From assembly GCF_022129425.1 (NCBI RefSeq), contig NZ_JADQAN010000003.1:155210-187209 (forward strand): a stretch of DNA of 32,000 bases. Reading direction: 5' to 3'. Under the pieces are notes generated by a model, which did not search any database, was not told where the DNA came from, and saw only the letters and a program-made list of their open reading frames with translations. The first letter of the stretch is position 1; each line of letters opens with the position of its first letter. A program made the translations under genes and the position numbers. The DNA is from Psychrobacter sp. Ps1. Its GTDB lineage: Bacteria > Pseudomonadota > Gammaproteobacteria > Pseudomonadales > Moraxellaceae. Shown one piece after another: positions 7,369 through 14,098 of this stretch.

Positions 7369-8895
7369 TCAGATCTCTTTTAAAGTTTGGATTTCAGGTA
7401 AGGCTTGATCAAGTAAGTCAACGATGCGCCGCTGCTCAGCCAATGGTGGTAGAGGAAGTAGATACTCTTTAACAAAGTCAGTGCCTATACGCTGTTGCCC
7501 TGCTGTCCCTGTGAACGTTGCTACTCCATCGTTTATAAATGTAGGATTTTTGACAAAGTACAAAAGGTATTCTATATCAATGTGGTCATTGAAATTTCTC
7601 AAAACATGAAACTCTGTTGTTCCAGCTCCTATACCATTAGGAATATTGGAAATTACAGCAGACTTGAGGTTTTGAAAGCAGGGTGTGATTTTGGCAAAAA
7701 CTACATCGTTTTCTGCAAAATGCGTATAGCCTGTTTTAATGCTCATCCATTTTCTAACTTCAAAATCAAAAATGTTTTTGTAGCCTGCTTCAACAAGCTT
7801 CATTGGTACAAAAGCTGCTTCTAAGTTGTCTTCAGCTTTATTTCTTGGATTCACTATAACAACCTCACCCAACCTCACCCACTCCCAATTATCTGGAATA
7901 TCAAACGGTTTTTCTTCCTCGCTGATTGGTGGTAAGGTTTTTGAGCGTTTGATCTCACCAGCTTTAATCAGCTTTTGCTTTTCTATTTCTATATCCGTTA
8001 ATAGATCGCTGGCATAACCATCCTTAGTAGCGTCTTGCTGGGTTAATTTGCCCTCTATAGCGGCTTGAAGTAGTGAGGCTTGCATCTGATTAGGAAACGC
8101 CAGTTGTAATCTGTGTAGCTCATCCTCATCCGTTTGTAGGCTATCTATCTGTGCTAATACTTCTTTAAGCTTTCTGACGATACGCTGTTGTTCGGCTAGG
8201 GGTGGTAAGGGTATCATCAACTCTTTAGCCTTACTTGCACTCAACCCTTCTTTAGTCCCACCTACCTGAACATCCATTATACTTTTAAATATGAATGGGC
8301 TAATCAAGACGGTGTGAACAAAATATCTAATTCTAGGTTCAAATTGTCTTAAAGTTAAGACGTGTTGATTCGTATTCCCTACATCAAAATCGTCAGGTAC
8401 GATACAAGCACGACCAATAGATGCACCTGTAATATTTAGCAAAATATCTTTAGCAAAAATAGCACCGTTAGGCTTTTTCTTATGTGTAGCTTCATCTATA
8501 AAGGCTACGTTGTCTAAAACTAATCCATCATTGTGAACATTCTGAGAACGTATAAAACTTACACCCTTTTCTTTATATACAGCTTTACCGCCCGCAGGTG
8601 TACTACCTGAACTCACTTTCAAGCATAGATCACCCAGTCGCACCCATTCCCAATTATCAGGAATATCAAAAGGCTGCTCTTCCTCAGTAATATCAGGTAG
8701 TGACTTTTGCCGCTTAATCTCGCCTGCCTTTATTAAGCGCTGTTTTTCTGCTTCTATCTGTATCAATAAGTCACGGGCATTGCCGTCATCTTCGCGCTGA
8801 TCGGTCAGTTTGCCTTCTATGGCGGCTTGTAGCACCGCTTTACGCATCTTGTCTGCTAAGGCTTGGGTATTGGTGTTCTTTTTAGGTCGTGCCAT
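7369..8895 (-). CDS. hsdS: Type I restriction-modification specificity subunit HsdS (two target-recognition domains)
   Basis: 508 aa with an internal duplication. LQAAIEGKLT...LIKAGEIKR.K.LP.I.EEE.PFDIPDNWEWVRLG occurs at about aa 21-88 and again at about aa 275-343. The LPLPPLAEQ(Q/R)RIV motif occurs twice. Each conserved helix is followed by a divergent TRD. Confidence 0.9.
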   Translation of the reverse strand: MARPKKNTNTQALADKMRKAVLQAAIEGKLTDQREDDGNARDLLIQIEAEKQRLIKAGEIKRQKSLPDITEEEQPFDIPDNWEWVRLGDLCLKVSSGSTPAGGKAVYKEKGVSFIRSQNVHNDGLVLDNVAFIDEATHKKKPNGAIFAKDILLNITGASIGRACIVPDDFDVGNTNQHVLTLRQFEPRIRYFVHTVLISPFIFKSIMDVQVGGTKEGLSASKAKELMIPLPPLAEQQRIVRKLKEVLAQIDSLQTDEDELHRLQLAFPNQMQASLLQAAIEGKLTQQDATKDGYASDLLTDIEIEKQKLIKAGEIKRSKTLPPISEEEKPFDIPDNWEWVRLGEVVIVNPRNKAEDNLEAAFVPMKLVEAGYKNIFDFEVRKWMSIKTGYTHFAENDVVFAKITPCFQNLKSAVISNIPNGIGAGTTEFHVLRNFNDHIDIEYLLYFVKNPTFINDGVATFTGTAGQQRIGTDFVKEYLLPLPPLAEQRRIVDLLDQALPEIQTLKEI

Positions 8896-8904
8896 GATAA
8901 TGCC

Positions 8905-10524
8905 TTACTGTGATGATGAATGCAGCTCTACGCTTATGGTTGCAGGTTCAGCTAGATCTGCCTTGTTTAGATCCAGTCCAATCAGATTTGCGATACTCAG
9001 TAGCTGCTTATCAATACGGCGGTTTAGCTCTTCGCGCTTGTCATGAAACTGGCGGATAGTGTCCTCAGGGCTTAGCACTTCATCTTCTATGCTTGGATAG
9101 CCGCATAGATCAAGGTTATAGCTGACTTTGGTTTCTTTAACGATGGTCTCATTGCCGTCTTTATCCGTAACCGTTTTTAGATTGATGACTTCTGATTTGA
9201 TGTCATCAGGCGTAAAAGCTTGGGCTTTGTAGGTATCGGTCTCAGTGTCTTTAATCTCTTTACGGTCATGCCACCACGCCACGGCTTCATCAAAATGCTC
9301 AAGCTTCATGGGGCGGGTTTTACTGAAGTTTTTTTGACCTTCAGGCATATCTAAGCGATAAAACCAGACCTTATCCGTCTTTTTACTATTATCAAAAAAT
9401 AAGATATTGGTAGTGATACTGGTATAAGGGGCAAACACGCTATTCGGCAAGCGCACGATGGTATGTAGATTAAACTCTTCGATTAGTTTGGCTTTGATAG
9501 CCGTTTTTGCACCGTCAGTACCAAACAAGAAGCCGTCAGGAATGATCATAGCGGCGCGGCCACCGCCTTGTGCGATAGATTTTAGACGATACATAGCGAC
9601 TGACATAAACAGATCGGCGGTTTCTGAGCTTTGCAAATCGGCGGGAAAATTAGTTTTGATCGTCTCGCCTTCTGTACCCCCGTATGGCGGATTCATGATC
9701 ACAATATCAAATAAGTCATCATGGCTATATTCACGGACATTTAGCTGTAGAGCGTTACCATGATGGATTTGTGGGCGGTCAATATCATGTAATAGCATAT
9801 TGGTGACAGCTAACAGATATGGCAGTGGCTTTTTCTCAATGCCGTAGATACTATCTTTATAGTTTTGATTGTCTTCAGGCGTACTTACGCTTGGCTCTAA
9901 ATGCTTTAAAACTGAGGTCAAAAATCCGCCCGTACCGCAAGCAAAGTCGGCGGCGGTCTCACCCAGCTGTGGGTCAAGCATCTGAACAGTAAAGTCGGTC
10001 ACCGCACGCGGGGTGTAAAACTCGCCAGCATTACCCGCGCTTTGTAGGCTCTTTAGGATGGTCTCGTAGATCTCACCGAACGCATGACGGTCTTTATAGG
10101 TTTCAAACTCTATTTTATTAATCTCATTGATCACTTGGCGCAGTAGTACACCATCTTTCATAAAGTTATTGGCGTCTTCAAATACTTTTTTGACTACAAC
10201 CTTACTCATAGGCGTGTCGGGAGTGATGGTAATGCCTTGTAGCGCTGGGAATAGCTCATTGTTGACAAAGTCTAGTAGCTCATCACCTGTTTTGGCTTTG
10301 CCGTCTTTGTCGTCCGCTGCCCAGTTCTGCCAGCGATAGTCACTTGGGATAACTGACTGATAATTGCCACTTTCATCATTAAATTCCCAATTATCTTCTT
10401 TAACGTCATAGACCTTTAGGAATAAAAGCCATGTCATCTGCTCGATACGCTGGGCATCGCCATTGATACCGCTATCACCGCGCATGATATTTTGAATATT
10501 TTTAACAAAACTGCCTAAACTCAT
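8905..10524 (-). CDS. hsdM: Type I restriction-modification N6-adenine DNA methyltransferase subunit HsdM
   Basis: HsdM_N-like N-terminus (QMTWLLFLKVYD), AdoMet motif DFACGTGGFL, catalytic motif IVIMNPPYGG. Confidence 0.93.
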   Translation of the reverse strand: MSLGSFVKNIQNIMRGDSGINGDAQRIEQMTWLLFLKVYDVKEDNWEFNDESGNYQSVIPSDYRWQNWAADDKDGKAKTGDELLDFVNNELFPALQGITITPDTPMSKVVVKKVFEDANNFMKDGVLLRQVINEINKIEFETYKDRHAFGEIYETILKSLQSAGNAGEFYTPRAVTDFTVQMLDPQLGETAADFACGTGGFLTSVLKHLEPSVSTPEDNQNYKDSIYGIEKKPLPYLLAVTNMLLHDIDRPQIHHGNALQLNVREYSHDDLFDIVIMNPPYGGTEGETIKTNFPADLQSSETADLFMSVAMYRLKSIAQGGGRAAMIIPDGFLFGTDGAKTAIKAKLIEEFNLHTIVRLPNSVFAPYTSITTNILFFDNSKKTDKVWFYRLDMPEGQKNFSKTRPMKLEHFDEAVAWWHDRKEIKDTETDTYKAQAFTPDDIKSEVINLKTVTDKDGNETIVKETKVSYNLDLCGYPSIEDEVLSPEDTIRQFHDKREELNRRIDKQLLSIANLIGLDLNKADLAEPATISVELHSSSQ

Positions 10525-10575
10525 GGGTATTCCTAGTCTATGGTTTTTAATCTTTCACATTATTTACAAACAGCA

Positions 10576-12972
10576 TTATGCTGCTTCTAACGCATATATC
10601 TCTTCTTGCAGTGCTCTGACGGCATCAAGATATGCTTGTTTGCCGCCGAACAGCTTTGCGATATTCTTTGGGCTATCAATCTGCTTAAAGGGGTCAATAG
10701 ACAGTAAAGTCGTGTCTTGTAGTGACAACACGCCATCATCCATATATTTGTGTAGTAGCGCATTTAGGACTTGCTGGCAGGTGTCATCGTATTGATATAG
10801 ATAGCCGCGCTTTTTGACCTTTTTGACACGCTCAGCGCGGGTTAATGGCGGCTTATCATAGGCGATGTGTAATATCAGGTCAAACGGGTCTAAGTCTTTA
10901 TTTCCTGCTACTTCTTGTAGCACTTCAAGTAATACGCCGTGTTCTGCTAACTGGTCGATAATAGCTTGTTTTTTATCCGCCGATTTCCATGCGCTTAAGA
11001 AGTTATCAAGGGTTGCATACTCAGATAAGATATTCTTTTTGCTATAGTCGATCAGGCTTTCTGTGACCAGCTTGCCATTCTCGTCATAGAATTTTACGTG
11101 TTCGGATGCAATACTCACATCCACACCATTAACCCGTATTTTTTTGACGCGCTCACCGCCACCAGTAGGCGGCACAAAGGGTTTACCGCCGCTAGCGGTG
11201 CTATCGCCTGTGGGTGTGGTTTCCTCGCCGTTTTCCCAGTCGTCTTGATCGTCTTTGGTGTCCTCGCTGACTTCTTCAGCATCATCAATATCGCCGCCTG
11301 CTGGCACTTCCATAATCTGTACGGGTGCACCATCAAAGTCTTTATCAGCAAACAGCTTAGTCACGCCGCGAAAGTCCATGATAGTAAAGTAGAGCTTGCC
11401 AGCGTCTTCTTTTAAGCGCGTACCGCGCCCAATGATCTGTTTGAACTCCGTCATTGAGCCTATATTACTATCTAACACGATAAGCTTACAGGTCTTACAA
11501 TCAACGCCTGTGGTCATAAGCTTTGAGGTAGTGACAATGGTGGGATAGGTCTCTTTTACGTCAATGAAATTATCAAGCTGCTTTTTACCTACTGGATTGT
11601 CACCTGTGATACGCATTACATACTTGGGATTATCTCTGACCATGTCCGTATTTTCATTAACTAGCGCTTGGCGCATACGTTCAGCGTGGTCAATATCGAC
11701 ACAAAATACAATCGTTTTGGCAAAGCGGTCATTGCTCTTTAGCCATTCGGTAATACGCTTAGCTACGGTCTGAGTACGCTCATCTATGATTAGCTTACGG
11801 TCATAGTCTTTTAGATTGTATTCTCGATCTTCGACAGCATTGTCTTCTATGTCTTTCTTACCCTTTTCAGGTCGCCAGCCTTTATCATCTTTATCAAGAT
11901 GCACGCGGATCACTTTAAACGGTGCTAAAAAACCATCTTGAATACCTTGTTTTAAGCTATAGGTATAAACTGGCTTCCCAAAATAGTGAATGTTACTAAC
12001 CTCTTTACTCTCTTTTGGTGTGGCGGTTAAACCAATTTGTGTAGCGCTACTAAAATAATCCAGTACGCGCCGCCATAAGGATTCTTCTCTTGCGCTACCG
12101 CGGTGGCACTCATCAACCACGATCAAATCAAAAAAATCCGGCTTAAACTGTCTGAATGGCTCTTCTTCGGCTTCACCTGCCATTTGCTGGTACAAGCTCA
12201 TATAAATCTCATAAGCGCTATCAAGCTCGCGTCCTTGCACCTTAGTGATGACTTTTTCAAAGGGCTTAAAGTCGTTTTGGATGGTTTGATCAATTAAGAT
12301 ATTGCGATCAGCCAAATAAAGCACTTTCTTTTTTAACCCCAACTGCTTAAGCCGCCAGATGATCTGAAAGGCGGTATATGTCTTACCCGTTCCCGTTGCC
12401 ATCACTAACAATATCCGGTTTTGACCACCCGTGACCGCTTCTAAGGTGCGATCAATCGCAATACGCTGATAGTAGCGCGGCTTCATGCGCTTAAAGCTAT
12501 CAAAGTAATACGGCTGCCGGATGACTTCTTGTTGGGTTACATTTAGGTCTTTGACCGCGCTGTAGCGCTCAAACAAGGCATCATGCGTTGGAAACTCACT
12601 CATTTTAAGTTCACGCTCACTGCCTGTAAGCATATCGTGTTCTAAAAACCCTTTGCCATTCGTCGAGTAAGCAAAAGGCACATCTAAGATAGTCGCGTAT
12701 TCAATGGCTTGCTGCATACCATCACCTACCGATATATAGCCAGCTTTTGCTTCAACAATCGCAAGCGGTGTCTCAAGATTGGTAGTGGTCAGTAAATAGT
12801 CACAAAACTTTCTATCTTTGCGTTTAGTAGTATTGCCGCGCACCATTACTTCACCATCAATAAAGTAATATTCAGTAAAGATCTGCTCAACCTGCCAGCC
12901 TGCATTAAATATTGCGGGGTTAATGTGTCGCAGTCTCGCGTCTGACTCGGTTTGTCTTTTTTTGTCTAGCAT
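10576..12972 (-). CDS. hsdR: Type I restriction endonuclease subunit HsdR (798 aa)
   Basis: N-terminal PD-(D/E)xK-like nuclease (CDYLL...IVEAKAG), helicase motif I MATGTGKT, DEAH-type motif II VVDECHRG, motif VI QIIGRGTRL. The C-terminal region resembles the EcoEI-type R C-terminal domain. The size and tail suggest the EcoAI/EcoEI-like lineage (inference). Confidence 0.93.
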   Translation of the reverse strand: MLDKKRQTESDARLRHINPAIFNAGWQVEQIFTEYYFIDGEVMVRGNTTKRKDRKFCDYLLTTTNLETPLAIVEAKAGYISVGDGMQQAIEYATILDVPFAYSTNGKGFLEHDMLTGSERELKMSEFPTHDALFERYSAVKDLNVTQQEVIRQPYYFDSFKRMKPRYYQRIAIDRTLEAVTGGQNRILLVMATGTGKTYTAFQIIWRLKQLGLKKKVLYLADRNILIDQTIQNDFKPFEKVITKVQGRELDSAYEIYMSLYQQMAGEAEEEPFRQFKPDFFDLIVVDECHRGSAREESLWRRVLDYFSSATQIGLTATPKESKEVSNIHYFGKPVYTYSLKQGIQDGFLAPFKVIRVHLDKDDKGWRPEKGKKDIEDNAVEDREYNLKDYDRKLIIDERTQTVAKRITEWLKSNDRFAKTIVFCVDIDHAERMRQALVNENTDMVRDNPKYVMRITGDNPVGKKQLDNFIDVKETYPTIVTTSKLMTTGVDCKTCKLIVLDSNIGSMTEFKQIIGRGTRLKEDAGKLYFTIMDFRGVTKLFADKDFDGAPVQIMEVPAGGDIDDAEEVSEDTKDDQDDWENGEETTPTGDSTASGGKPFVPPTGGGERVKKIRVNGVDVSIASEHVKFYDENGKLVTESLIDYSKKNILSEYATLDNFLSAWKSADKKQAIIDQLAEHGVLLEVLQEVAGNKDLDPFDLILHIAYDKPPLTRAERVKKVKKRGYLYQYDDTCQQVLNALLHKYMDDGVLSLQDTTLLSIDPFKQIDSPKNIAKLFGGKQAYLDAVRALQEEIYALEAA

Positions 12973-13041
12973 ACGTTCAGCCTTCTAAGCCGTGAGTTAT
13001 TAATTGATATTTACAAGTTTTTATTAGCTGTTAGTCACAGG

Positions 13042-13341
13042 CTATATCAAAGTGACAGTATTATTAGGCATCTTAGCGATAATGCTTACTTCACCGCCCA
13101 TTGCGCTAATATAGTTTTGCAAGGTCGATAGCTGAATATCTTTGCCACTTTCAACCTTTGAGATATTAGCCTGTGACACTCCCATCAAGGCGGCAAGATC
13201 CGTCTGTTTTAAGTCCATAGCGCGGCGCAGTTTGGCAAGCTCGATGGATTGGCTTAGTATATTGGCTTTATTTTTAATGCGCTGCTGTCTATCGGCTGGC
13301 AAGGCTGCCATTAGGTCATCTAGTGTAGTCAAGTGTGTCAT
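13042..13341 (-). CDS. XRE-family helix-turn-helix protein (HigA/antitoxin-like or controller-like), 99 aa
   Basis: HTH LKQTDLAALMGVSQANISKVESGK and a C-terminal LSTLQNYISAMGGEVSIIAKM tail typical of small XRE antitoxin-like regulators. It ends 69 bp upstream of the hsdR start on the same strand. Confidence 0.8.
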   Translation of the reverse strand: MTHLTTLDDLMAALPADRQQRIKNKANILSQSIELAKLRRAMDLKQTDLAALMGVSQANISKVESGKDIQLSTLQNYISAMGGEVSIIAKMPNNTVTLI

Positions 13342-13460
13342 AAGAAACCCTTACTTTATATTTTTCCTCATCATACAACAATACAGTTATATTATGTCGA
13401 GTTTTAGGCTATTGGTTTCAGTCCATTGTCCACTATCATCACGTTAGAAGCATAAGCCAC

Positions 13461-13488
13461 AAAAAAAGGCAGACGATGCACGCCTGCC
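13461..13488 (-). terminator. Rho-independent terminator ending the alpA-to-orf195 operon
   Basis: Minus strand reads GGCAGGCG-tgcat-CGTCTGCC followed by T7. It lies 22 nt downstream of the orf195 stop. Confidence 0.65.
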
Positions 13489-13510
13489 CTTTACTAATTA
13501 GATTGTAAGT

Positions 13511-14098
13511 TTAATGACTGAGCATGTAATCATTTAACCCTTGAATAGTATCTGCAGGTAATTCTCGCATTCTGCCATGATTAATAACTCCAGTAGGTAC
13601 CCAAAGAAACTGCCCACCAATACCTTTAGTCTCTGCCCAGTTGATAAACTTATCAGCCGCTATTTCAAATTCAGGCGTGGTGCGTTCCACAGTCTCAAAC
13701 ATATTATTAAAATACACCCATTTGTTAGCGCGTAAATCCTGCTCTAAGCGCTCAGTTTCCCAGTCATTGAGGGATAGCACCATCTGATACCGTTTGCGCC
13801 AGTCACGCCGTTGTATGCTCACTGGTGCTTTAGCATATAGTAGCTGACTTCGCTTCTCTGCAATCATATCATCAATGACAGACAAAGCTACTGACCATCG
13901 AGTAGGTAGCGGCTCATCGTTTGCAGCGGACTGTGATAAAACTTCGATGATCTCAGGCTTATACTCTCTTAGTGCGTTGATGACAGACGGAGTGACAATA
14001 TTTATATCACCTTCGTAGTGCAAGCCGTCATCATCTACCCATAGACTCACGCCTTGATATTCTAATTGACTGATAATGTCGATAGCATTCATAAGCAC
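13511..14098 (-). CDS. Hypothetical protein (195 aa) with a TubC_N-like N-terminal docking-type domain
   Basis: The N-terminus IISQLEYQGVSLWVDDDGLHYEGDINIVTPSVINALREYKPEIIEVL fits the pattern L..G(V)xLW....L.Y.......TP.....L...K.EI...L. I did not recognise the remaining 140 aa. The GTG start at 14098 (or ATG at 14092) overlaps the stop of the upstream replication gene. Confidence 0.6.
   Translation of the reverse strand: MLMNAIDIISQLEYQGVSLWVDDDGLHYEGDINIVTPSVINALREYKPEIIEVLSQSAANDEPLPTRWSVALSVIDDMIAEKRSQLLYAKAPVSIQRRDWRKRYQMVLSLNDWETERLEQDLRANKWVYFNNMFETVERTTPEFEIAADKFINWAETKGIGGQFLWVPTGVINHGRMRELPADTIQGLNDYMLSH

Noticed and set aside
7861-7880. Perfect 10-bp tandem AACCTCACCC x2 inside hsdS, a possible slippage or phase-variation tract.
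   Set aside because: Translating the minus strand gives an uninterrupted ...DNWEWVRLGEVVIVNP... The repeat is only two units of a non-homopolymeric sequence and arises from the WVRLGEV codons. There is no evidence of frameshifting.
13342-13460. Search for a HigB/RelE-like toxin gene or remnant upstream of the XRE gene.
   Set aside because: Translating all three minus-strand frames gives only very short peptides (for example VMIVDNGLKPIA*, ITVLLYDEEKYKVRVSYDTLDYTR*) with no toxin motifs. The interval is too short for a toxin.
7291-13488. Similarity between the two island terminators (both end ...ATCGTCTGC(C) followed by a T run on the minus strand), considered as evidence for a repeated cassette boundary.
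   Set aside because: Only about 9 nt plus the T-tract are shared, and the 5' halves of the stems differ. This is too short to separate from chance or from overlap with the GACGATAA repeat family. It is noted only under the repeat-cluster finding.
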